Origin: Massalongia carnosa
Lineage: Eukaryota
Assembly: GCA_965645245.1 (NCBI GenBank)
Contig: OZ287071.1
Coordinates: forward strand, 2,666,001-2,730,000
DNA: 64,000 nucleotides
Reading direction: 5' to 3'
Shown here: positions 53,776 to 64,000 of the stretch, piece after piece
Layout of the letters: every line of letters begins with the position of its first letter
Position numbering within the stretch: the first letter of the stretch is position 1
Translations under genes and position numbers: made by a program
Notes under the pieces: generated by a model
The model's input: only the letters and a program-made list of their open reading frames with translations
The model's database searches: none
What the model was told of the DNA's origin: nothing

Positions 53776-55681
53776 TTCGTGCCCCACACTTTCGCTCGGT
53801 CGACTCGCTTAGTGCTAGCCAGCCATACAGCCAGGACCAGCCATACAGCCAAAAATCAACTATCCTACATACATCGAGGTTTTTTTCAGCAATTCCTTCA
53901 TGATCATCATCCATCTTTTGTGACTATTCATGCTTCTAGTCATAAGCATCTTTCTATGCGCTTTTGACTGCCTAACCACTTTGGTAAGAGCCGTACAATA
54001 ACGCTTTTCCCATGCGACGTTTCGCTCTTTCTCCCTTATCTCCTCCTGCTCCTCCCTACCACGAACCATTGAACGGGCCTCACCAACAGTAAGTACGCCT
54101 CCGTGATGAAGAATCTTATTGGCCTCTCGTTTACGAGCTTTCCGAGCAGTTTGGGCCTTGATTTGTTGTTCCCAGCGTTGTTCCAGAAGATCGCCTTTTC
54201 GAACCTCGGCAACAGCTCCCTTTACAAATTTGCTAACAATTTGTACGAGGTCATCCGAGCAAGCTGAATGCGTCATGATTTCTGTGGCTACTGTGGCCAA
54301 CTGTCGCACGGTTCGAGGGGTTTCTTGTACAGATAGGGGGGCTGTATGAGACGGAGTTGACTCACGAGGAGGGGGAGGAAGAAGTTCTCGAACTTTGTCG
54401 AGAACAATGCCTGGATTGAACGGAATCAAGCCTGTTTTTCTCCAAGCAGACTGTATGGTGGAAGGTTTAAAAGCCAGCGATCGAAACTTGCTAAATGCAT
54501 TCAGAAATTCGACTTTGGAAAAGGTTTGATCTCCATTCTGAATTGCTTCATTGACGGCCTCCGAATGCCAGTGTTTCAGAGGTTGAAAAACACACACATC
54601 CAATGGTTGTAAGAGATGTGTGGTGTGAGATGGTAATCCGAATGGAATGATGTTTTTCGTTTCACAATATTCTAGAAATTCTCGAGTATGATGAGATCCA
54701 TAACCGTCCATTATCAAAAGTCTCCAAGCCCCCTCTCTTATTTTTTCAGTGTGTTTGTCGAAATGCTTGATCCATTGCAAACTCAACCAGTCATTTGTAC
54801 AGCCTGATTCAGCTGTAGAAATGACTACATCATTGCTCAGATCGTTTTTGACCCAGGGAGCGAGAATGTTGATGCCAGACACAATTAAAAAAGGGGGAAT
54901 GTCCTGACCAGCCCCGTTGATACACTCCACCGCTGTCAGCGATTCTCGATTTGATGGATCGGAACTGTATGATTGTCGAGAAGAATCTGCTGTGATTATC
55001 CAATCACTTCGTGCCATACCAATACGAAACCCAGTTTCATCAAAATTCCACTGATCCTTCGGATTTATTCCATACTTGTTCACTACTTCTTGATATTTTT
55101 CAAAATGCCCCATCAATAACTCCAAATCATGCGCATTTTTGCGCTCAGCAGCTAGAGGCTTACGTTTAACCTTGTAAAGATCTGACTGACGTTTTAGCCA
55201 TCTTTTGATCCAATGCGAGCCGAGAGGAGGAGGAGGCGTCGAATCGGAAGCCGTTTGACGAAGAATGGAGTATGCAGCCACTTCCACCATATGCAGACGA
55301 GCCGGAATGTCCAAAGAATCCAGTTTCAAAAGATATAGACGTAGGGCCAACTCCTGATCGGGTTTTAGACGTCTATTATGCAGTCCTCGTACTTTCGTTT
55401 TAGATGACACCCCTTTGACCCGAGAACGAAGTCTTCCTCTAGGTACATTAAATTCTCGCGCAATTGCACTGAGTTTGGCGTTTTTGCGTGAGTTTAAGGC
55501 GTCAATGGCCTTTGCAATACGATTTTCAATTATAGTATAAGATTCAGGCATGATGGTGGTGGATAATGAATTTTTCAAAGGTGGTGGGTAGAAATTTGAA
55601 GATTTTGGCTGTATGGCTGGTCCTGGCTGTATGGCTGGCTAGCACTAAGCGAGTCGACCGAGCGAAAGTGTGGGGCACGAA
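53776..55681 (-). mobile_element. Intact Fot1/pogo (Tc1-mariner superfamily) DNA transposon, 1906 bp
   Basis: Perfect 79-bp TIRs (53776-53854 and 55603-55681) and TA duplication (53774-53775 and 55682-55683). The empty site is visible in the sister MULE copy near 24540. Confidence 0.97.
53860..55551 (-). CDS. pogo/Fot1 DDE transposase, 563 aa, uninterrupted
   Basis: HTH (SAIAREFNVPRGRLRSR), CENP-B-type HTH and catalytic motifs WNFDETGF, LIMDGYGSH, LQPLDVCVF. Confidence 0.95.
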   Translation of the reverse strand: MPESYTIIENRIAKAIDALNSRKNAKLSAIAREFNVPRGRLRSRVKGVSSKTKVRGLHNRRLKPDQELALRLYLLKLDSLDIPARLHMVEVAAYSILRQTASDSTPPPPLGSHWIKRWLKRQSDLYKVKRKPLAAERKNAHDLELLMGHFEKYQEVVNKYGINPKDQWNFDETGFRIGMARSDWIITADSSRQSYSSDPSNRESLTAVECINGAGQDIPPFLIVSGINILAPWVKNDLSNDVVISTAESGCTNDWLSLQWIKHFDKHTEKIREGAWRLLIMDGYGSHHTREFLEYCETKNIIPFGLPSHTTHLLQPLDVCVFQPLKHWHSEAVNEAIQNGDQTFSKVEFLNAFSKFRSLAFKPSTIQSAWRKTGLIPFNPGIVLDKVRELLPPPPRESTPSHTAPLSVQETPRTVRQLATVATEIMTHSACSDDLVQIVSKFVKGAVAEVRKGDLLEQRWEQQIKAQTARKARKREANKILHHGGVLTVGEARSMVRGREEQEEIREKERNVAWEKRYCTALTKVVRQSKAHRKMLMTRSMNSHKRWMMIMKELLKKTSMYVG

Positions 55682-57434
55682 TAATGGATATGTTTTTATT
55701 TGCAGGATTATCTTATAAAATTTTATAAACGCCAGGAAACTCACTTTGTGCACGCGCATACCAATCAGCTCCCTAATTTAGATGCGAATAGCACTCAGCG
55801 GGTTGAAGGCCTACATCCTATGATCAAAAGTGTGACCAATAGGCATACTCCCATGAGAAAATCCGTTCAGAAAATCTGTGATGAGGTTAAGGAGAAGCAG
55901 ATTGAATATGAAACCATGATCAATCAGCAACGAATCAATAATCCTCGATTGATGGATAGGTTTGCATTCAGACATCTCACGGGAAAAATAACTCATCAAG
56001 CTATTGACCTCGTCTCCAGAGAGTTGGATGTGGCCAAAAAGCTAGCTGAAGAGTTCGATCAGCGAGTCTATTCAGGATTGACCCCACCAATTGAACTAAC
56101 AGGCGAGAGTTGTGTACATAATTGTCAATTGCCTTTGCGATTTGGTTTCCCGTGCAAGTGTTGGTTGTATTCTTGCGTCGTTGACGTCATTCCCATCCCC
56201 ATCTCTCTAATTCATCCTCGCTGGTTTTTCGATGGTCCGCCTGCTGTTATCTCGTGGCGAATGACTTTCGATTCTGCCTTAAGCTTTGAAGACATGCTTA
56301 GAAACGCTGCGGGAGAGGGAGGGGCGGAGCCGGAAGAGGATAAGGAAGAGGATAAGGAGGAGGTATGGGGGGAGAGTGAGGATGAGATGGAAGAGGAGGA
56401 TGAGGAGGAGTTGGAAGATGGAGGATGAGCAGGAGGTGAGAAGAAGGAAAGGCGAAGGGGGAGAAGTGAAGAAGGACGGTGATAGATATCGCCGCGGTGG
56501 AGTTGATATGATGCAATCTGCAGCATTTGAGTCAATGGATTTGCACAAATCAATGGAAAATTCACATCGAGATGAGGAGTATGCTCGAGCATACGTAGCA
56601 AACAGCGCCAAATTCAATCAACAATGGCTAGAAAGGGAGTCGGCTGGATTTCTTATCCCAACAACTTTCCCTGACGAAATCCGACCGAAGGAAAACCTCA
56701 GGTGGAAAAAGGGAGGAAGTCGTCGGCGTGCTTACACTGGCCGCGAGGCAGCTGAGGCAGATGAGGCCAATCAGTGACGTGCTAGACGTAGGGACTCGAT
56801 TGAACAAGGGAGAAGGCGACGGCATGATAAACTGCGTGAAAGCGATGAAAACGAGAGTGTGATTAGCGATGGTAAAAACCCATGATATAAGCAAATCGAC
56901 GCAGCGCGGCTAACATATGATGTAGTAGATTTGGCTGAAGATGCGGTCATCGTCTCCGACGACGATGATCTGCATTATGTAGACACTCAGCCGATTCCCG
57001 ATCCTTCTACGAGTCTCACACTTCCTTCGAATGACAACGATGCATCTTCAACATCTTCCGATTCGTTTGAAGATATTGATGAAGTGCTGGTCTGCCAGAC
57101 TTGAAAAATGTAAGAAACGCCCAAGGGATCTATCGGACGGCGATGATACACTGAATGATGATGAACAGAGCCCTAGTGTGCTAAGCCTGAAGTATGATCT
57201 AAAGACAAGATATGACGGGTGCCTCTTTTAAGCGGGTATGAGGACAGAACCCCTAAGAATACTGACCACCGTAACGTTCCTCTCGTGGAAGTTATATGCA
57301 AGTACTGACATTGTTAAATAAACAGTTGACGGCATAATGTTGAAATTACTACGGAGGTAGCTGCTTGCAGGGCTGAGCTAGAGCTAATGGGGCTAAACGA
57401 GTATTCCAACACTTTGAGCCACACTAACTAAGTA

Positions 57435-57541
57435 ATCGTCGGCTCGCTTACCTCCGGGATCCGACTTGAAAAAATGTCGACCGCATTTTAAATGGTCGAC
57501 ATTTTTTCAAGTCGGATCCCGGAGGTAAGCGAGCCGACGAT
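57435..57541. mobile_element. MITE-like hairpin: perfect inverted arms with TA flanks
   Basis: 57433-57482 is the exact reverse complement of 57494-57543 (50 bp including the terminal TA), separated by an 11-nt spacer. Confidence 0.8.
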
Positions 57542-57559
57542 TATTGTTAAGAATAATGT

Positions 57560-59987
57560 GCGTGAGAGACGGGTGATGGAACAATTTTTTTTTGCAATGC
57601 GGAGCAAATTAGGCTGGCTCGAAGTTTCGTGGGTGGGTTTTTATTAGAAACGGATGCAACGTTCAATACTAATAAATTGAACTTGCCTTTATCCGTTTTG
57701 GTTGGAATCACTAACACCGACCTTTCGTTTCCCGTCACTTATTGCTATATAACTTCTGAATCGGCCGAATGTTTCACTTTTATTTTCGAATGTATGAAAG
57801 AGTTGATTTTTAATGATGATTGCCCCGGGCCTAGGGTGATTCTCGGGGATTTTGCAGCTGGGTTGACTGTAGCCATGCAAAGAAAAGCTAAAGCTCCGGC
57901 AATTGATCTCGATGCTGCATTGACCATTGTAAGAGAGGCCGCCGAAAATCTAAACCAATCAACGATGAAAGCGGGCGAGGAGAGATGCGTTTTGCAGCTG
58001 TGCACGTGGCATGCGGCCGAGGCAATAAAAAAACGACTGATCAAGGCAGGAAAATATCCCCAAGAAGTGCGCAAAAGGCTGGAGACTCTGATTTGGGATT
58101 ATATAAAACCCCCATTATTGATGAGTTGGATGAGAGACGAAGAAAGTTGCTGAATGAACTTCATCCCGCAGAAAAGGTTAGTAGTGATATATCAAATTAA
58201 ATTTCAAGCGAGTTAGGGCTACTGCTAACGCTACCTCTTTCGCAGGATTATCTCATGAATTTCTATCAACGCCAAGAAATTCAATTCGTGCATCATATAC
58301 TACTAAACTCCCTAGTTTAGGCGCACAAAGCACATAGCGTTCAGAAGGTCTGCATCGGTTAAAAATGTGACCAATAGAAACACTCCTATAAGACAATCGG
58401 TGCAGAAAATATGTGATGAGGTGCGGAAAAAACAATTATATCAGGAGATTTTGTGCAATCAACAGCGAATACGCAACCCTAGATTGATAGATAGAAATGC
58501 TTTTACGCTACTCATTAGGAAAATTACGCATCATGCCATTGGCCTTGTTTCAAGAGAACTCAATGCCGCCAAATCATTAGCTGAACGAATCCTTTCTATT
58601 GTCCCTGATGGTGGAAGGTGTGTTTATGATTGTGAATTGCCTCTAAGGTACGGTCTCCCATGCAAATGCTGGTTGCACAAATGCATCATCGACTCGGTCC
58701 CAATTCCCGTTTCCTCATCCACCCCCGCTGGTTTTTTGATGGCCCACCTTATGCGGTCTCTTGGCAAATGACCTTCGATCTCGCTCGCGGCTCGGAGCCC
58801 GAGGTCGAAAAGATCGTCGATGAGGTCGAAGGGACGGGAGAGATTGAGGCGGATAAGGATGAGGTCGAGCTCGAAGAAGGCGTGTTGGGTGAGGATAGAT
58901 TTCGCCGCGGGGGGCTTGATTTGCTACATTCTGTGGCATATCAATCTATTGACCTGCATCAATCAATAGAAGATTCTCATCGAAGGGAGGAGTACGCTCG
59001 CGAGCATGCTCACATCATTGAAAAGTTCATAAGAAATGGCAAAAGAAGGAGCTGGTAAGACCTCTCATCCCCACCACATTCCCCGACGAAATTCGGCCCA
59101 AAGAAAACCTCATGTATAAGAAAGGAGGGAGTCGTCGACGTGCCTACACTGGTCGCGAGGCAGCTGAGGCTAGAGAAACTGAACAGCGACGTACTAGGTG
59201 AAGGGACTCTATTGAAAAAGGGAGGAGGCTTAGATATAATAGATTGCATGCTGGGGGCGACGATGAGGTTGAAGGTGAAACAGAAGGTAAAACTCACGAT
59301 GTTGCAAAGTTATTGCGCCCGGGTCGGCTAATATCTGGTACAATAGGTTTAGGAGAAAACTTAGTTATGGAGAGAATGGAAAACGCGCCTATCGTCTCCG
59401 ACGACGATGACGAGGTGCAGTATATAAGCACTCAGCCCATTCTCGGTCGTTCTATGGGTCCTATGCTTCCTTCGGATGACGATAATGATGTTATTCTTAC
59501 ATCAGAAGCCTCGTCGGATTCGCTCGAAGATATTGACGATGTGCTTGCCAAGCATAGTAAAAAGCCCTACCTCAGGCAGCGCTGGCTCCATCTCTTTATA
59601 TCTTAGCCAAAACGTGCGCGCCAGTCAACTTCTCCCTACTTCCTCTGCAACAGCGCGAAGGTCTCGGGGTGTGGCGAAGAAATCAAAGGCTCAGTTGGAG
59701 TTGGAATCTCAGCAAAGAGTCGAGAAATCAGTCGAACAGGCTAGGGCTCAAGCGAGAAAGGAAACGGCGATGAGAAAGGTGGGTAAAACCATGAAGCCTA
59801 GAAAAGATGATGTATCGCAATTGGCTGACGAGTTTTTGGAGTTGAAGTCATCGGATTTGTAGGTGTTAAATACACTTAGTCAGTAACAGGAACATTATTA
59901 ATACGTAGTGTAACTGCTAGCTTGTACGCACCTGGTAAAATGGCTGTTTACTAGTAAAGATTTACACAGGGGTCCCTAAGCATCTCG
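57560..59987 (+). mobile_element. MULE family B copy, 5' truncated transposase pseudogene with right TIR
   Basis: ETDATFNTNKLNLPL, ILGDFAAGL, LCTWHAAEA and RYGLPCKC. Ends ..gtccctaagcatctcg at 59987, the same terminus as 27532. Confidence 0.88.
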
Positions 59988-60989
59988 TGTTAAATGGAAG
60001 AATATTCTTCCGATATCGAAACAGTGAGGTCGCCTATCTCGTCGCATGGCCGTCCCGTGGCCAGAGTTTGCCCGGATGAGCACCGATGTATGTAAGAGTT
60101 CGTTTTGTACTTCAAGCAATGACTGCGTGAAAAGATATGAACCTCCAAAATTGAAAGACTTGTTGGGCTAGTGTAACCACAGCCCTACAAGGCAGGCTAC
60201 CATTAACCGAGTCATCTCTCTGTTGCTAGCCAAAAAGGCTACCCACATAAAAGATTCGTAGCCACCTCTATAGATAGATCATCTTCCATAAGAATTCATA
60301 TCTACCGTGCCCGGGTAATGATCGCGTTCGCGTACCACCAGCTGATGACCAAACCGGGGGCTTGAACCCTCAGAGGCGTAATGCGTAATGAGCGCGGTGA
60401 CCGTGCATACGGCAGCCCTCCGAGTCCTTCTCCATTTCGTCTACGACGTGTCAGACGCATAAAATTAGCCTTATTTGATGAAAAAGAAACGGTCATTAAT
60501 TCAGTCCGTTCCAAGTGGTGAGGACCGATGGCCAGCAAGCTTAGTTGGTATAGACAAGCATGAAACGTGAAAAGAATTGTTAAAATATAGTTTATTTCAA
60601 AGAGTTTACGAGCTGAATTTATAAACTCCTCATCAAAGAATTCAAAATAAATTCGTCCTGAGGCACTTCGAAGAGCAGACGTCATCACAGTCACATTTGT
60701 TAAGGGTTCGGATACGGGGACACGGGGTAGGATGCATGTACACCGGGCACTTGATGCATGTACACCGGGCACTTGATACATATACACCCTCTTCCCAAAA
60801 AGGTAAAGGGCCGGCACATTTCGCACCACTTTACCTTTCTTGGTTAGCAGATGAAAAATCAGATGTTGATTTGAAAACTATGCGGCAATGAAGTTTTCAG
60901 CATTGATCTGTTGCATCTCATCAAGATTGGTAAGATGACATCTTCTAGCTACTCAGTCGCAATTGCCTCGTCAGTCCTACCCCTTCTTC

Positions 60990-61130
60990 CCCTGCCCCCC
61001 CTGCCCGCCCTGCCCGCCTCGCCGACCTTTTTCGCCTTGTCCGCCTTGTCCGCCCTGTCCGCCCTGTCCGCCCTGTCCGCCCTGTCCGCCCTGTCCGCCC
61101 TGCCCGCCCTGCCCGCCCTGCCCGCCCTAG
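60990..61130. repeat. 9-bp tandem repeat (gccctgtcc/gccctgccc)n in the MULE-D transposase tail
   Basis: Encodes RAG/RAD repeats in ORF 60949-61506. Confidence 0.85.
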
Positions 61131-61500
61131 TTGCTGCTTGAGTCGCAGGCCTGGATGAGGCACGAGTGCCTGCCACCTCACCTTCATCTCGTCGTCGCTC
61201 GCGCCCGCGCCCGCGCCCGCGTCCCGCTGGTGTAGCCTCGGCTCTTGCCAGAACTCGTTCGATATCCGCTGGCAGTTCATTCCCATGTTGCTCTGCTATT
61301 TCACCTTCAACGATTTCGAATTGAGATGGATTCCGATAGGTGGAGTTGTCCAATGCTTGTCTACGATTCTCCGCCCCTGCAGGACGTCCTCGAGGTTGGA
61401 CAACTGCTGGTTCTTCCACCTGAAGTAGCGGATCGAGAGCTGGATCATTGATTGGATCAGGTAAGGAAGATCTTTCAAACCTCCAATGAGGATGGACATC

Positions 61501-61797
61501 TATCAAGCTGGTTATCGCTTAGATATGCGTAAGCTTTCCAGCTTATTTGTTATGTAGGTTTTCGTTCTAAAGGAGACTCGTTTTGGATTTGATAAATTGA
61601 TCTGGTTTATCTAGGATAGTTGTTGATGATAGAAATCATCTCTAGCTAAATATCTATTTTATCTTATCCCATCACCTTTTGTGCGTACTCGGTAGCCAGC
61701 CATTCACTAAGTGCAACACTTGCTTACCGAGTGACACTTCTATTAGTGGTGATATTGGCAGGCCACCTACCAATTAGTGTGGTCTAATCGGTTAACA
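61501..61797. mobile_element. Solo LTR (297 bp) inside MULE-D
   Basis: TSD ACATC at 61496-61500 and 61798-61802. Ends TTAACA and starts TATCAA (TG changed to TA). Removing it restores the transposase reading CLILEDVHPHW. Confidence 0.8.
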
Positions 61798-64000
61798 ACA
61801 TCTTCCAAAATCAGACATCCCTCAGGTCCGAATAAACGTTCCTGCATTGTGACTGCATGGTAATCCGGTAGTAGTTATAAAGCTTCCAGTGCAACGATTG
61901 ACTGCCGTTGCTTGGTCCGTCAACAGTCTATATTGATCATCCATTCTTCTCAATGCGTATGGGGTTACGAACGCCGCGATGCGATTGAAAACTGGTTTTC
62001 GAAGATCCATAGGGTATCGCATCTTCGCTTCGTCAAAGGGTATCATGTAATTTTGTCGCTCGTTGATTAGAAGTAGGTTGATGCCATCTACAACTGTTTT
62101 CAAATCCCCTACAGCTCAGTCAGTATTGAATGTTTCTTAGGGTTGTACTCATTACCTGTTGATACTCCGAGATGACGTTTAAGAGCTGCGTGCCCCCCCT
62201 CACCTCTAGAAGTAGTTGTGGTTCCGAAATGTAACACCTGATCGGTTTGAAATTTCACGAAGCGACGATGAAAGGACATGATGTACGTTTCTCGCAGATA
62301 ATCCAAACATTCTCCATGCGTTAGATAGTAGGTGTCATTCATTCCCTGCCACGCCGACTCGTAATCAACTCTGGAAGCGGCTTATACAACAGAAGTCCAG
62401 GCGGATATGAAGTCATCCCATTCTTCTTTGGTATTGAAGTCCTTCTTGCAATTTGCCGTCACATTCTTGTTGATATGCCAAAGACAGAGCAGATGATTCG
62501 TATTGGGAAAGATCAATCGCACGGCATTCATCAACCCACGTTCCATGTCGGTCACAACAACCACCGGATCTGGAAGTTGCAACTGCGCATACAACGACTT
62601 CAATTGCCCCAATGTCCACTCGTAATCCACCTGCTTCTCCTTTGCCATGAAGCAAAACGCGACATAGAAATTAGTATGTAGGGCCGTTTGCCCGCTGATG
62701 ATCAGCAACGGAAGTTTATATCTGTTGGTTTTGTAGGTGCAATCCATGACCAGAACTTCATGATTGACCTTCAGTGGAGTTTGGGATGTTCCTCTCACGA
62801 AGAATAAGTGGGTGATCTGATTGCGAATGTCTTTCTGATAGTTGTACGTCCAGTCGTTTTGATCAAGTTCCTGCATCAATGCCTGAACCGGGGTTAAAGG
62901 ACCTAGAGTATCTCGTCTCAGCTGTGCCTTGATGTTGTAGATATCTCGAGGCTTGAATAACGGATTGTTGTCATCGGCGTCAATACGAAGAGTGGAGAGA
63001 ATCTTAGGAGCTGTTTGCACAGTCAATTGTCTAGAGATATCGTTCTTAATCTCTTCAGTCATAGCCATTTTGCGTAACGTTGGATGCGATCCAGCAATTG
63101 TAGCTTCATGATTATGGAATGGGTTGATTACTTCCAATAACCAGGTTCCATCCACTCTGTTTCGCACCGCCATGACCTTGAACTGACAATCGATGATTCG
63201 AGTATTGGTATGACGTCTATCTCTGCCTCGAGGTATTCGATTGCTACCTCCCCTGTCGCAGCGCAACCAGACTTTTCTCTTGATGCCAAGATCTGATTTC
63301 TTTGATCTAGCTGTGACTACCGCGTATCCTTCTGAGCCGGCGTGAGTATTGACGCTGAGAATGAGTTCTTCCAAGGTGGAAAAAACCTGGTCATCGTGAG
63401 GAGGAGCCAGAGGCATGATTTGAGAATGATTGAGAAAGATGATGCATCAATTGAAAATTTCAAGATCTCATTTGATTTTTCATCTGCTAACCAAGAAAGG
63501 TAAAGTGGTGCGAAATGTGCCGGCCCTTTACCTTTTTGGGAAGAGGGTGTATATGTATCAAGTGCCCGGTGTACTTGTACATGCATCAAGTGCCCGGTGT
63601 AAATGCATCCTACCCGGTGTCCCCGTATCGTTAGTTCTTTCCAAACGGTAAGGCTGTTAGTTAGTCATTCACAAGGCTAGTTATAATGCTTGAGAGTTAT
63701 CCCAAGTGCGCTTAGCCACTTTGGGGGGATGCGGCTGTTGATTCGTGCGCTGGTGCAGAGCGATACGAGGGCACGGATATACAAATAGAGATAGCTACCT
63801 AAAACAAATTTGATCTTTTGATATTTTAGGTCGCTACAATGATGTGCAGCAGAGACACAGTAAAGGCCTCAGGTCTTAATATTTGGGTCAGTGGCGAGCA
63901 AGACTGTAACGGACCCGAAGTAGAGTAAGACAAACGATTCTTCATGGAGTCGCAGCATCACTGACAAGCGTTTAAGCGTTATTGCAGTTCAAGGTCTCGG

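Larger units (their letters stand above)
52148..57099 (+). mobile_element. MULE family A copy (transposase pseudogene) interrupted by a pogo element; 3' part deleted
   Basis: Starts CGAGTAGATTCGGGACAGACCCC. Near-identical to the reverse complement of about 23140-26177. Homology stops at about 57089 and runs into gtctgccaga, a fragment of the family TIR. Confidence 0.9.
60711..63629 (-). mobile_element. MULE family D element with about 155-bp TIRs; transposase pseudogene (63416-60949)
   Basis: TIRs GATACGGGGACAC..ggtaaagggccggcacatttcgcaccactttacc and their inverse ending at 63629. ORF 62382-63416 has CDRGG, HNH, MDCTYKTNRYKLPL, VTDME and LCLWHINKNV. Related to family C. TSD not clean. Confidence 0.92.

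Noticed and set aside
21164..59987. One giant composite MULE bounded by CGAG...CTCG
   Set aside because: The ends belong to different families and the flanks (ctcaggctt versus tgttaaatg) are not a TSD.
60302..60829. 175-aa ORF
   Set aside because: Starts inside the MULE-D TIR and has no recognisable domain; at most a disrupted remnant.

Overview
This is eukaryotic DNA from a filamentous ascomycete (short GT..AG introns with CTAAY/CTGAC branch sites), lying in a TE-dense accessory region. Mobile elements: two decayed Tad1-clade LINEs, a DIRS/Ngaro-type retroelement fragment, seven Mutator (MULE) copies or derivatives from four families, one intact Fot1/pogo transposon with perfect 79-bp TIRs inserted in a MULE intron, a 107-bp hairpin MITE, and three solo LTRs with 5-bp TSDs. 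Non-TE genes form three islands. (1) A pseudogenised Spok-family (spore-killer-like) nuclease-kinase gene beside a truncated HNH nuclease gene (1-3.1 kb). (2) A P450, a PTH11-like remnant and an FAD monooxygenase (11.6-17.1 kb). (3) A compact module of a CorA-like membrane protein, an amidase, an alpha/beta-hydrolase-NB-ARC-TPR NLR (with in-frame TAG codons), a tiny DGNxxP-repeat ORF and an asaB/CmcJ-like dioxygenase (30-44 kb). Island 3 is the best candidate for an undescribed immune or signalling system. A non-coding array with exact 20-bp periodicity lies at 27.7 kb. Exon boundaries were read by eye, family calls rest on recognised motifs, and no database searches were run.
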